Origin: an uncultured delta proteobacterium
GTDB taxonomy: Bacteria > Desulfobacterota > Binatia > UBA9968
Direction: 5' to 3'
Assembly: GCA_963727625.1 (NCBI GenBank)
Contig: CAVSHR010000006.1
Span: 224,001-288,000 of the forward strand
Length of the DNA stretch: 64,000 nucleotides
In this document: piece after piece, positions 30,042 through 39,696 of the stretch
Numbering within the stretch: position 1 is the first letter of the stretch
How the letters are laid out: the number at the start of each line of letters is the position of its first letter
Notes under the pieces: generated by a model
What the model saw: only the letters and a program-made list of their open reading frames with translations
Databases searched by the model: none
What the model was told of the DNA's origin: nothing
Program-made: the position numbers and the translations under genes

Positions 30042-31478
30042 ATGCAGAAAAGAGAGTTCATTCGCGGACTACGCGGCGTCCTCGGCGGCCCTTACGTGCT
30101 TGTCGAGAAAGAAGACGTCATCGTCTACGAACAGGATGGCTCGATCTTTCAAGTCATGCCGGAGATCGTCGTTTTGCCGGGCAATGTGGAGGAAATCGCC
30201 GCAGTCGTCAAGCTCGCCAAGCAGGCCGATGTCCCGATCGTGCCGCGCGGTTCGGGAACCGGACTCGCCGGAGGCGCGGTGCCCGCCGAGGGCGGCATCG
30301 TCCTATCACTGGCGCGGCTCAATCGCATCTTGAAAATCGATCTCGAAAACCAAATCGCCATCGTCGAGCCCGGAGTCATCAATATCGACATCTCCAAAGC
30401 AGTCGCCAAAGACGGTTTCTTTTATGCGCCGGACCCGAGCAGCCAAGCGGCTTGTTCGATCGGTGGCAACGTGGCGAACAATTCCGGCGGACCGCACACG
30501 CTGGCCTACGGCGTCACGACCAATCACGTCCTCGGCGTCGAGGTCGTGCTTGATGACGGTCAGATCGTTTGGCTCGGCGGCGAAACGCCCGATGCGCCCG
30601 GCTACGATCTCTGCGGCGTCTTCGTCGGCTCGGAAGGCACACTGGGTATCGTCACCAAAGTCATCGTGCGGCTGATGCGCGCGCGCGAGTCGGTGCGCAC
30701 GCTGCTGGCGATCTTCGACCAAATGGACAGCGCCACTCAAACCGTCGTCGACATCACCGCCGCGGGCATCATTCCAGCGGCGTTAGAAATGATGGACCGC
30801 ACGACGATCGAAGCCGTCGAGCGGGGCGCGCCGGCAGGCTTCCCGCGCGACGCCGAAGCGGTGCTGCTCGTCGAAGTCGAGGGATTAAACGAGCACACCG
30901 AGCGCTCCATTGTGTTGGCCGGAGCAATCTGCCGGCGCAACGGCGCGCGCGAAGTGAAACTCGCCAAGGATGAAGCCGAGCGCCAGCGCCTCTGGAAAGG
31001 CCGCAAAGGCGCCTTCGGCGCCATGGGCACTCTGGCGCCCAACTATTACGTCCAGGACGGCGTAGTGCCGCGCAGCCAATTGCCGGAAATGATGCGCCGT
31101 GTCGCCGCCATCAGTAAGCAATTCGATCTGCGCATCGCCAATGTATTTCACGCTGGCGACGGCAACCTGCATCCCAATATTTTGTTCGACATGCGCACAC
31201 CCGGCGAGCTCGATCGTGTCATCGAAGCCGGCGCCGCCACGTTGCGCGCCTGCATCGAGCTCGGCGGCAGCATCACCGGCGAGCACGGCGTCGGCCTGGA
31301 GAAAAAAGCGTACATCGGCTTGCAGTTCAATGCGGCCGATCTGGATGCGATGGCGCGGGTGCGGCGCGCGTTGGATCCCGACGGGCGCTTTAATCCGGCC
31401 AAGCTCTTTCCAACCCCGGTAGGCTGCGGCGAAATACGCTTGCAGCCGGCGGCAATCCCGGCGGGGTTGTGGGTCTAA
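30042..31478 (+). CDS. glcD: Glycolate oxidase FAD subunit GlcD-like
   Basis: PRGSGTGLAGG, APDPSSQ, GSEGTLG, HAGDGNLHP, GEHGVG. Confidence 0.9.
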   Translation: MQKREFIRGLRGVLGGPYVLVEKEDVIVYEQDGSIFQVMPEIVVLPGNVEEIAAVVKLAKQADVPIVPRGSGTGLAGGAVPAEGGIVLSLARLNRILKIDLENQIAIVEPGVINIDISKAVAKDGFFYAPDPSSQAACSIGGNVANNSGGPHTLAYGVTTNHVLGVEVVLDDGQIVWLGGETPDAPGYDLCGVFVGSEGTLGIVTKVIVRLMRARESVRTLLAIFDQMDSATQTVVDITAAGIIPAALEMMDRTTIEAVERGAPAGFPRDAEAVLLVEVEGLNEHTERSIVLAGAICRRNGAREVKLAKDEAERQRLWKGRKGAFGAMGTLAPNYYVQDGVVPRSQLPEMMRRVAAISKQFDLRIANVFHAGDGNLHPNILFDMRTPGELDRVIEAGAATLRACIELGGSITGEHGVGLEKKAYIGLQFNAADLDAMARVRRALDPDGRFNPAKLFPTPVGCGEIRLQPAAIPAGLWV

Positions 31479-31489
31479 AATACAGTTGC

Positions 31490-31566
31490 GAGTTTTGCGT
31501 CTCACGTCTTGCGTTCAATTTGAATCTCAATCCTCAAACTCCAACCCGAGACTCTGGACTCTAGAC
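31490..31566. repeat. Intergenic element made of 7-mer units
   Basis: GAGTTTTGCGTCTCACGTCTTG...GAGACTCTGGACTCTAGAC; reverse complement resembles 36711-36779. Confidence 0.55.
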
Positions 31567-31584
31567 AAGATAGGCTAAAATCCG

Positions 31585-32877
31585 GTGCATGCAGAGAACG
31601 ACCAAGAAAACGTGACACGACAGGAACCGGCGGCCCTCGATCTTCCCGAGCTCTACCAGTGCGTGCACTGCGGTCTCTGTTTAAATCAGTGTCCGACCTA
31701 TCGCGCCACGCGCCTCGAACCGGAGTCACCGCGCGGCCGGATCCATCTGGTCAAGGCTGTCGCCGACGGGCGGATCGAGCTCAACGAACGTTTCAAGGAG
31801 CACCTTTATCTCTGTCTTCTCTGCCGCGCCTGCGAGAGCGCTTGCCCGTCCGGCGTGCAGTACGGTCGCATCGCCGAGGCGGCGCGCGAGCAGCTCGGCC
31901 CGCCGGGCACGGAATTCGGCCGCGCGGTTTTGAGTTTCGTTTTTACCCAACTGCTTCCCTACCGGCGCCGCTTGCACTTTATCTTCGCGCTCCTGCGGGT
32001 CTACCAGCGAACCGGCCTGCAGCGCGCCTTGCGCCGGATGCTGCCCGAGAAACTACGCGACATGGACGCGCTCCTGCCGGTAATTCCAAGGCGCTTTTTC
32101 ACGCCGAGGACGCCGGTCCCGCCGGCCATCGGCGAGCAGCGCGCCAAAGTCGCCATGCTCGACGGTTGCGTCATGCCGCTATTGTTCGGCGATGTGAACG
32201 ATGCGACCGTGCGCGTGCTGCAGCGCAACGGCTGCGAAGTAATTTTTCCCGAAAAACAAACTTGCTGCGGCGCGCTCAACCTGCACAACGGCGAGACCGC
32301 CGCGGCCAAACGGATGGCGCAGCGTAACATCGACGCATTTCTCGAGTCCGACGCGGACGCGATCATCGTCAACGCCGCCGGCTGCGGCGCGGCCATGAAG
32401 GAATATGGCCACCTGCTGCGCGACGACCCGAAATATTCCGACAAGGCGGTGCGCTTCAGCGGGCGAGTTAAAGACGCCGGCGAATTTCTCGCCGATCTCG
32501 GTCTCATCGGCAAACTCGGTTCCGTCGAGATGACCGTGACCTACCAGGATCCCTGTCATCTCGCCCACGGGCAGCGCATTCGCAGCCAGCCGCGCCAATT
32601 GTTGCAGGCAATACCCGGCCTAAAGCTGGTAGAGATGGAGGGCGCCGATCGCTGCTGCGGCAGCGCGGGCATTTACAACCTGACTCATTCGGCCATGTCG
32701 CAACACTTACTCGACGAAAAAATGCACACGATCGGCGCCACCTACGCCAGCGCCGTCGTTGCGCCCAACCCCGGCTGCATGCTGCAACTTCGCGCCGGCG
32801 CGCGCCGTTCTGGCAATGAGCTGGAAGTTTATCATCTCATGGACCTGCTCGAGCGGGCCTACCGCGCCGCCGACTAG
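31585..32877 (+). CDS. glcF: Glycolate oxidase Fe-S subunit GlcF-like
   Basis: CVHCGLCLNQCPT, CLLCRACESACPS, two CCG domains. Confidence 0.9.
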   Translation: MHAENDQENVTRQEPAALDLPELYQCVHCGLCLNQCPTYRATRLEPESPRGRIHLVKAVADGRIELNERFKEHLYLCLLCRACESACPSGVQYGRIAEAAREQLGPPGTEFGRAVLSFVFTQLLPYRRRLHFIFALLRVYQRTGLQRALRRMLPEKLRDMDALLPVIPRRFFTPRTPVPPAIGEQRAKVAMLDGCVMPLLFGDVNDATVRVLQRNGCEVIFPEKQTCCGALNLHNGETAAAKRMAQRNIDAFLESDADAIIVNAAGCGAAMKEYGHLLRDDPKYSDKAVRFSGRVKDAGEFLADLGLIGKLGSVEMTVTYQDPCHLAHGQRIRSQPRQLLQAIPGLKLVEMEGADRCCGSAGIYNLTHSAMSQHLLDEKMHTIGATYASAVVAPNPGCMLQLRAGARRSGNELEVYHLMDLLERAYRAAD

Positions 32878-32887
32878 CTACGAGGCG

Positions 32888-34162
32888 ATGAAATCGATTG
32901 TCGATCAGTTAAAGCAAAAGCTCGAGTCGGCTTTGGCCGCCGGTGCAGTGGCCAATGAAGCCAACGCTCTCAAAAAATTTCAGGTAGACGGCAGGGAACC
33001 GGCGCTGGTGGTGACGCCTCAGTCTGTCGCAGAGATCGCGGCCGCACTGCGCATCTGCGCCGAAGCGCAAGCCGTTGTGATTCCTTGGGGCGGCGGCACC
33101 GCGATGGCGATCGGCAACCCGCCGCACCGCGCCGATGTCGTCATCGAGTTAAATAAATTCAACCGGCTGATCGAGCATGATGCCGCCAACCTCACGGTAA
33201 CCGTGCAAAGCGGCGCTGTTCTCAGCTCCGCGCAAACTGCGCTTGAAGGGCAAAGGCAGTTCGTCCCTTTCGACCCACCCTTTGCCGACCGGGCAACGTT
33301 CGGCTCCATCGTTGCTGCCAACTTGAACGGTCCAAGGCGCAGCAGCTACGGCAGCGTGCGCGATTTGGTCATCGGCATGAAGGTCATTCTTGCGACCGGC
33401 GAAGAGATCAAGGCCGGCGGCAAGGTCGTTAAAAACGTCGCCGGCTACGATCTGTGCAAGCTCTTCGTCGGTTCCTTGGGCACTCTCGGAATCATCACCG
33501 AAGTGACCCTCCGACTGGCGCCGATTCCCGAGAGCGCCACGACGCTGATCGCCACCGGCGACCTGGCTCAGGCCGAGCGCTTCGCCGTCGAGCTGTTCCG
33601 CTCGCCCCTGCTGCCGGCGGCGGTTTTTCTTTTCAGTGAGGACAGCGGCAAACGCTGGCGCGTCGCGGTGCGCTGGGAAGGCTTCGAAGAAACCGTAGCG
33701 CGCCGGCTGCGCGATTCGGGAGCCTTGGCGACGGACACCGGTATGAACGAAGAAATTTTACGCACTGCAGAACAGAGCGCGCTATGGCGCCGGCTGTGCG
33801 ATCTTCCGCTCCAGACCGAATCTCTGGTTTACCGCGTCACCTTGCCCCGCGCTGCGGTCTTTGGTTTGTTGCAGCACGCCCGGCATTGGCCGGTTCTAGA
33901 AACCGCCGGCGACGTGGCAACGGGAACAGTGTGGATTGCCTGCGCGCCCAAGCCGGTTTCTCTCGAGCTATTTTCCCAGCTGACTGAATTGGCTCAAGCT
34001 CAGCGCGGCCATGCGGTCATTTTCGCCGCCCCCGCCGCATTGAAATCCGCTATTAACGTCTGGGGAACCTCGCCATCGACGATTTCGCTGATGCGCGAAA
34101 TCAAGCGCCAGTTCGACCCGAAAGGATTGCTCAATCCCGGCCGCTATGTCGGTGGCCTGTGA
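32888..34162 (+). CDS. glcE: Glycolate oxidase FAD subunit GlcE-like
   Basis: GGKVVKNVAGYDL, GSLGTLG, FDPKGLLNPGR. Confidence 0.88.
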   Translation: MKSIVDQLKQKLESALAAGAVANEANALKKFQVDGREPALVVTPQSVAEIAAALRICAEAQAVVIPWGGGTAMAIGNPPHRADVVIELNKFNRLIEHDAANLTVTVQSGAVLSSAQTALEGQRQFVPFDPPFADRATFGSIVAANLNGPRRSSYGSVRDLVIGMKVILATGEEIKAGGKVVKNVAGYDLCKLFVGSLGTLGIITEVTLRLAPIPESATTLIATGDLAQAERFAVELFRSPLLPAAVFLFSEDSGKRWRVAVRWEGFEETVARRLRDSGALATDTGMNEEILRTAEQSALWRRLCDLPLQTESLVYRVTLPRAAVFGLLQHARHWPVLETAGDVATGTVWIACAPKPVSLELFSQLTELAQAQRGHAVIFAAPAALKSAINVWGTSPSTISLMREIKRQFDPKGLLNPGRYVGGL

Positions 34163-34207
34163 ATTTCCTTGCTGAAGACTCAGGACCCAGTCCCTAGCGT
34201 CCGAAAC

Positions 34208-34711
34208 CTAAAAAAACCGAATCACCCAAGAACTGAACCAGTTGTCAAAGCCGAATCCGGCACTGCCGCGGAGCGCAAAGTAGACCGCAGCAGCGAGAAA
34301 TACCAGATTGTCGCGCAGGCCGACTTCGTGAGCGTGATAGGATTGCCGATCGAAAGAGCGAAAATAAATTTGCGCCTTCTCTTCCTTGATGGCATTTTTC
34401 ACCACCGGCGCCATGGCCGGCAAAACTTTTAGCCAATGCCAGTGGAGCGCGAAGGTGGGAATTAAGAAGATGACGATCATCAGCGCGGTGATCGGCGTCT
34501 GAATCCCGGCGGCCACGCCGAAGCCGCCGACGACCATCAGAAAGGTTGCGACGAAGCCGAAATAGACCGCGCCTTGGGGAAATAAAAGACTCGCGGTATT
34601 GACCGGATTGGGCCAGCGCCGAACGTTGCTCAGGCCGCTGATCAACATGCGCCAACCAAGAATAACTCGCAACGTCGCTTCGGCCAGCAGTACCAGTATT
34701 GTCTGTTCCAA
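34208..34711 (-). CDS. DoxX-family membrane protein (TTG start inferred)
   Basis: LRVILG...; IPTFALH; DNLVFLAAAVYFALRGSAGFGFD. Confidence 0.65.
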   Translation of the reverse strand: MEQTILVLLAEATLRVILGWRMLISGLSNVRRWPNPVNTASLLFPQGAVYFGFVATFLMVVGGFGVAAGIQTPITALMIVIFLIPTFALHWHWLKVLPAMAPVVKNAIKEEKAQIYFRSFDRQSYHAHEVGLRDNLVFLAAAVYFALRGSAGFGFDNWFSSWVIRFF

Positions 34712-34950
34712 TGGGGAATTCCTTCCGTCATGTTGCCGCGCTACATACCGCCGTAATATATCCACCGGTAGGAAGATGGTCAATTGCCGCACGCAATGGG
34801 ACAATTACGGTCCTCGCTCCAGCAGATTGGCAAACGGCCAACGACAGAACTCCGCTTCACCATTGGCTGATTTATCGCGAAAATTGCTAATTTTGATTGT
34901 TTCTGCCAAGAAAGTTCTTTACTATGCGGCTCACGGCGCCGATGAGAAAC

Positions 34951-34966
34951 TGGCACAGCGGTTGCT
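34951..34966 (+). promoter_or_regulatory. Sigma54 (-24/-12) promoter
   Basis: TGGCAC-AGCGG-TTGCT, an exact consensus match, 30 nt upstream of ATG 34996 with RBS GGAGG. Confidence 0.75.
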
Positions 34967-34995
34967 CTTACGTCCGCTGTGATTCGGAGGTGGTA

Positions 34996-36213
34996 ATGCG
35001 GAGCGCAAGACGATGGTTCATTTCACTTTGCTTGAGCTTCTTGGTGTGTTTACCCGCCAAGGCCACGGCTGAGAGTAATTCCTCGAACTCCAAGCCGTTT
35101 CCGGTCCCTGCCGGCCTCGAATCTTCGGTTGAGTTTTGGAAGAAAATTTTTACCGAATACAACCGTTCTCAAATGATTTTTTTCGATCCCCTCGATTTGA
35201 GCAAGATCTACGAGGTGATCGAAGTCGGCGAAGACAACCGCTCCAACGATTTTATCAACGCCGAGCGGAAGCGCGTTGCGGGAGAAAACGGTGTCGATAT
35301 TGAACGGGTCAAAACTCAGCGTGGCATAAAAGAACGCACCGCCGAAGGCATTACCCGATCGGGACGTTATCTCCAGCAAATAAAGAATATTTTTACCGAG
35401 CGCGGATTGCCGGCCGAGCTTGTTTATCTACCGATCGTAGAATCGTCGTATGACATAAATGCCCGATCCTCCGTCGGCGCCTTGGGCATCTGGCAGTTCA
35501 TGCCCCGAACCGGGCGGCAGTATCTCCGCATTAGCCGGGGTGTCGACGAAAGAAAAGATCCGCTGGAATCTTCCCGCGCGGCCGCCGCCTATCTCCAAGA
35601 AGCATACGAAACGCTCGGCAATTGGCCTCTGGCGATTACCTCTTATAATTTCGGACCAGCCGGCATGGCGCGCGCCGTGGCTGTGGTGGAGTCCGAAGAC
35701 CTCGTTGAATTAATTCAAAGCTATGAGCATCGCTACTGGGGATTTGCGCCGAAGAATTTTTACGCGGAATTTCTAGCGGCAGTCGAGATCGGCAGCAACG
35801 TGAGCCGGTATTTCCCCGGCCTCGAGGCCGATGCTCCGGTTGAGATCAAGGAAGTCGAAGTGAAACGCCGCACCAGAGTGGCGACGCTCGTCAAATCTTC
35901 GGGACTAAAGCATGAAGAGTTTCTCGGGTGGAACCCGGCGCTTAGCCGGGGTATCCGGGTCATCCCCGCAGGCTATCGCGTTAAACTTCCCGCCGATAAG
36001 GCCGCCGAGCCGCTCGTCGTCGCGGCGCAAAATCGAAACTCCGAGTCGAATGCCCAACCGCAAGTCGTGCATCACCGCGTAAAACGCGGCGAGACGCTTT
36101 ATGAGATTGCGCGCCGCTATGGCGCGTCAGTGGAGAGGATCATCCAGGCAAACAACATCCGCCACGCGCGTCTCTTGAGAGTCGGCACGACGCTGCGAAT
36201 CCCGCGAATATAA
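34996..36213 (+). CDS. Lytic transglycosylase (MltD-like) with C-terminal LysM
   Basis: LPIVESSY, GALGIWQFMP, LAITSYNFG; HRVKRGETLYEIARRYG LysM. Confidence 0.9.
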   Translation: MRSARRWFISLCLSFLVCLPAKATAESNSSNSKPFPVPAGLESSVEFWKKIFTEYNRSQMIFFDPLDLSKIYEVIEVGEDNRSNDFINAERKRVAGENGVDIERVKTQRGIKERTAEGITRSGRYLQQIKNIFTERGLPAELVYLPIVESSYDINARSSVGALGIWQFMPRTGRQYLRISRGVDERKDPLESSRAAAAYLQEAYETLGNWPLAITSYNFGPAGMARAVAVVESEDLVELIQSYEHRYWGFAPKNFYAEFLAAVEIGSNVSRYFPGLEADAPVEIKEVEVKRRTRVATLVKSSGLKHEEFLGWNPALSRGIRVIPAGYRVKLPADKAAEPLVVAAQNRNSESNAQPQVVHHRVKRGETLYEIARRYGASVERIIQANNIRHARLLRVGTTLRIPRI

Positions 36214-36354
36214 AATTCCCGCCAATTAAACCGGCGTTAAGTCTGACGGCCGGGGCGATGAATGTCGCCCAGGCCTCACTTTCTCTAACTCATTTTTTTA
36301 TCTCAGCAAGAGCTGCCGGTCTGTCACCGGCGCGGCTTGTTCGGCGCGCGCGCG

Positions 36355-36384
36355 TTGACAAATTTTCCGCGGGCCGGATATAGT
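36355..36384 (+). promoter_or_regulatory. Sigma70-type promoter
   Basis: TTGACA, 18-nt spacer, TATAGT. Confidence 0.55.
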
Positions 36385-36504
36385 TGACGGCATGGCAGCC
36401 CAAGCGCTTGTCAAAGGAATCGGCCTGCGAAAAATTCGCAAAAGCATTCTTGCATGCCTTTTGTCTCAAGGAGAAAACTTGGGTGGTGAATTACATCCAA
36501 GATC

Positions 36505-36700
36505 GCTGGAATATGGAACAAAGACCGCTGAGACGGTGTACGACCAGTGGTTGTCGATTCTGACGGCGGACGGTAAGAACAGCATCAAGGACATGCAGGA
36601 ATATTTCGATTTCGTTCACGCCCAAAAGCAAATCACGGCGCCGATCAATGTCGCCGCGGTGACGGATTACTCGTTGGTCGATCAGGTGATGGCGGGGAAA
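36505..36700 (+). pseudogene. C-terminal relic of a NitT/TauT-type solute-binding protein
   Basis: TAETVYDQW...TADG...INVAAVTDYSLVDQVMAGK resembles SBP C-termini; rest of the gene absent. Confidence 0.5.
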
Positions 36701-36710
36701 TTGGCAATGG

Positions 36711-36779
36711 GAGTCTCGTGGTCTAGGGTCCAGGATCTAGAGTTAATCCTAGACGCGAGGCGCGAAACTCTAGACTTGA
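36711..36779. repeat. Intergenic-type element made of 7-mer units
   Basis: GTCTAGG GTCCAGG ATCTAGA...CTAGACG CGAGGCG CGAAACT CTAGACT. Confidence 0.55.
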
Positions 36780-36799
36780 ATAACGTGAAGGAGTTCAAC

Positions 36800-37468
36800 A
36801 TGGACGGTAAAGCACTAGTTGATTCAGTCAAGAAAGAAGTCATCGAGCCCGGCATTAAGCGCTTGATGGATACGCAATATTTCACCGAATTGCGCCAGGG
36901 CAAGTTGTCGGTCAAACGGCTTCAAGGTTGGGCGATGCAACATTATCTTCACAATAAAGCGATTCTCAAATCGTTTGCTCTAGGCATGGTCAAAAACGCC
37001 CAGGATCAGACGATGATCGATTACTTCACCTATCAGATGAACGAAGAGCAATCGCATCCCGATTTGGCGAAACGTTTTGGCTTGGCCCTGGGACTGAAGG
37101 AGGAAGACTTCGCCGAAGCGACGCAGATTTTCGAGTGTCAAATCCACTCGGCCCGCACGGTGTACAACACGCTGACGGGGATTGCGCCGCAAAATCGCGC
37201 TTCGGCGATGACCAGCGAAAGCATGGTGTGCCGCTACTCCGAAGAGTTTTTGAACGCCGGGCGCAAACATTACGGGCTCAGCGATCATGATTTAGTTTTC
37301 TTCACCACTCACATGGTAGCGGATATCGAACACACCGCGCAGTCGGCCGACCTGATCGCGCGCATGGTGAAGACACCGCGCGAGGAGCGGCTGGTGCGCG
37401 AAAGCGCGCAGTATATGGTACGTATCAAATTGGGCAAATTCGACGGTATCTACCGCGAATACGCTTAA
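36800..37468 (+). CDS. Heme-oxygenase-like (TenA/PqqC/CADD) superfamily protein
   Basis: RBS AAGGAG; NEEQSH and FFTTHMVADIEH candidate di-metal motifs. Confidence 0.75.
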   Translation: MDGKALVDSVKKEVIEPGIKRLMDTQYFTELRQGKLSVKRLQGWAMQHYLHNKAILKSFALGMVKNAQDQTMIDYFTYQMNEEQSHPDLAKRFGLALGLKEEDFAEATQIFECQIHSARTVYNTLTGIAPQNRASAMTSESMVCRYSEEFLNAGRKHYGLSDHDLVFFTTHMVADIEHTAQSADLIARMVKTPREERLVRESAQYMVRIKLGKFDGIYREYA

Positions 37469-37473
37469 GGACA

Positions 37474-37543
37474 GTTTAAGGTTTGAGGTTCAAAGTTTGG
37501 CCTGATTCCTTGAATCCGGACCCTTGAACTTTGAACCTTGAAC
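37474..37543. repeat. Inverted heptamer-repeat array between convergent genes
   Basis: GTTTAAG GTTTGAG GTTCAAA ... CTTGAAC TTTGAAC CTTGAAC. Confidence 0.7.
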
Positions 37544-37544
37544 G

Positions 37545-38231
37545 CTACAAGTTTCTCAGTGCGGTCGCTTCGATCTCCAGTAAATATTTCTCGCCGGCGA
37601 AGCCGTCGACAAAGCCATATTCGATCTCCGAATCGGTTAACCTGCCGGAACTTGCCAGGACTCCCCGGACGGTTTCGAGATCGTGCCCCCGCTGCAGAAG
37701 CACCGATAGCTTCATCACCGTGGACCAGTCGGTCCGAGCGCGAGCCAAGACATCATCAAGCGTGGTGAGAATTTCCCTGACCTGCTTCCGTAATGTCGGC
37801 GCCTCAGATGTAAAGCCCGAGAAAAATACAACAGAGTCGTACTCCAAATAACAAAGATAATTTCGCACCGGATCGAAATCCACCGGCCGGCGCTCGGCGC
37901 CGCTGATGGTCGGCTTCATGGCCATTAGCTCCAAACCAGCTGTTGCATCCGACTCGAACCACTCTTGCGAAATAAAGCTGGAACTTGCGACACGGCGGTT
38001 GCCCGCAAGAATTCTCGAGCGCGCCGCGGCGGCCCGCGTGCGCCCATCCTTGTCGCGCCCCCAGACCCGGACGCGTACTGCATCGTTCAATGAAAAACCG
38101 CGAGCCTCAAGTGTCGCCGTGAACCGGTCGAATAATTCTTCAGTTGCCGTGTCTGTCGCGATTCCGGATTTTCCTTCGCCGGAAACCTCGATGAATTCCC
38201 GACCGAGCCAATTAAACAATCTGACTTGCAT
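37545..38231 (-). CDS. RidA/YjgF-like fold protein, apparently two tandem domains
   Basis: Two units: GFSLNDAVRVRVW...GLELMA and TDWSTVMKLSVLL...LLEIEATA. Confidence 0.6.
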   Translation of the reverse strand: MQVRLFNWLGREFIEVSGEGKSGIATDTATEELFDRFTATLEARGFSLNDAVRVRVWGRDKDGRTRAAAARSRILAGNRRVASSSFISQEWFESDATAGLELMAMKPTISGAERRPVDFDPVRNYLCYLEYDSVVFFSGFTSEAPTLRKQVREILTTLDDVLARARTDWSTVMKLSVLLQRGHDLETVRGVLASSGRLTDSEIEYGFVDGFAGEKYLLEIEATALRNL

Positions 38232-38379
38232 AGTGGCGCCACTCTACTGCAAAGTAAGGCCCCGTCAAAGAACCATGTAAGGGTAGTCCCTGTGCCCGCC
38301 CTCTTGGATCGGGACCGTTGAGAGTCACCTGCCTAATCCATTTGGATTGGACGCAAAACGAAAGGACCACAGTCGCCCG

Positions 38380-38787
38380 ATGTTCGCCCGTCTGATCAGT
38401 GCCGAAGGTCAAAGCCGCTCAGCAAAGACGGTGGAAGTATTCGGTTGGCTGATTCTGCTCGAAGGAACCCTTGCCTTGTTTGCACCGAACTTTTTAGTTT
38501 CGGTGCTGGGGACCGAAACCCTCACGCCCCAAGCCGCAAACTATTTTCGGCTGGTTGGCCTGCTGGTGTGCGGACTCGGCATGCTCTATATCGCCAGCGG
38601 CCGGTTGAACTCCGAAGGTTTTATTTTCGCTTCGATGCTCGACCGGCCGTTGGTTCCCTTTGCGATGGCGATTCTTTGGCATTTAGACATTCTCCCGGGA
38701 CCGCTCGCGCTGATCTTCTCGATCCAGGACTTCGGTGGCTTTCTTTGGACGCTATTCACATGGCGCGCGGAACACGAATCACGATAG
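38380..38787 (+). CDS. Hypothetical membrane protein (about 4 TM)
   Basis: Hydrophobic ORF directly upstream of the reductase gene. Confidence 0.65.
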   Translation: MFARLISAEGQSRSAKTVEVFGWLILLEGTLALFAPNFLVSVLGTETLTPQAANYFRLVGLLVCGLGMLYIASGRLNSEGFIFASMLDRPLVPFAMAILWHLDILPGPLALIFSIQDFGGFLWTLFTWRAEHESR

Positions 38788-38796
38788 GTTGGAGAA

Positions 38797-39696
38797 ATGG
38801 ATATGAGCAACGCTGTCATCGGTTTCATCGGTCTCGGCATCATGGGCAAGCCCATGGCGCGGAATTTGGTAAAGGCTGGCTACCCTCTAGTCGTACACAA
38901 CCGCAGCCGCGGCGCGGTCGACGAGCTCAGCAAGGAAGGAGCGCAACCGGCGACCAGCTCGAAAGAAGTTGCCGCGCGCAGCGAAATCATCATTACCATG
39001 TTGCCCGACTCACCGGATGTCGAACTCGTGTACGCAGGCGAAGAGGGAATTTTTTCCGGCGTGAAACCCGGCAAGCTGCTCGTCGACATGTCGAGCATCT
39101 CACCCGTCGTCGCGCGCAAGCTCGCTGGCCTGGCTGAGAAGCGCGGCTGCGACATGCTCGACGCGCCGGTAAGCGGAGGTGAAGCCGGCGCGATCAGCGC
39201 GAATTTATCGATCATGATCGGCGGCAAAGTCTCCGCGGTCGAACTCGCGATGCCGATCTTTCAGGCCCTTGGCAAGAACATCGTCCACGTCGGCGACGCC
39301 GGCGCCGGACAGGTGACCAAAGCGGCGAATCAAATGGTGGTCGGTACCACCATCGCCATCGTCGGCGAAGCTCTGGTGCTCGCCGCCAAGGCCGGCGTCG
39401 ATCCGGCGAAGGTCAGGCAAGCGCTGCTCGGCGGCTTCGCCCAGTCGAAAATCCTCGAAGCCCATGGTCAGAAGATGCTCGACCGCAATTTCAAGCCCGG
39501 CTTTCGTATTGTCCTGCACGAGAAAGACATGAAGATCGCGCTCGCAACCGGATCAGAATACGGTGTGCCGCTCATGGTCACCGGCGTCGTCGGCCAGATG
39601 ATGACCGCGATGAAAGGCATGGGCAACGGCGATCTGGATCACTCGGGGTTAGTGAAGTTCGTCGAAGAACTCGCGAAGCAACAGCTGCGTCGCTAG
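38797..39696 (+). CDS. garR: 2-hydroxy-3-oxopropionate (tartronate semialdehyde) reductase, GarR/GlxR family
   Basis: IGFIGLGIMGKPM, DAPVSGG, GAGQVTKAANQ, FKPGFRI. Confidence 0.85.
   Translation: MDMSNAVIGFIGLGIMGKPMARNLVKAGYPLVVHNRSRGAVDELSKEGAQPATSSKEVAARSEIIITMLPDSPDVELVYAGEEGIFSGVKPGKLLVDMSSISPVVARKLAGLAEKRGCDMLDAPVSGGEAGAISANLSIMIGGKVSAVELAMPIFQALGKNIVHVGDAGAGQVTKAANQMVVGTTIAIVGEALVLAAKAGVDPAKVRQALLGGFAQSKILEAHGQKMLDRNFKPGFRIVLHEKDMKIALATGSEYGVPLMVTGVVGQMMTAMKGMGNGDLDHSGLVKFVEELAKQQLRR

Noticed and set aside
38277-38302. Degenerate GTAG-type REP-like sequences (also near 39715-39742 and a repeat-like tract near 62773-62802)
   Set aside because: Too short and degenerate to support without genome-wide counts.
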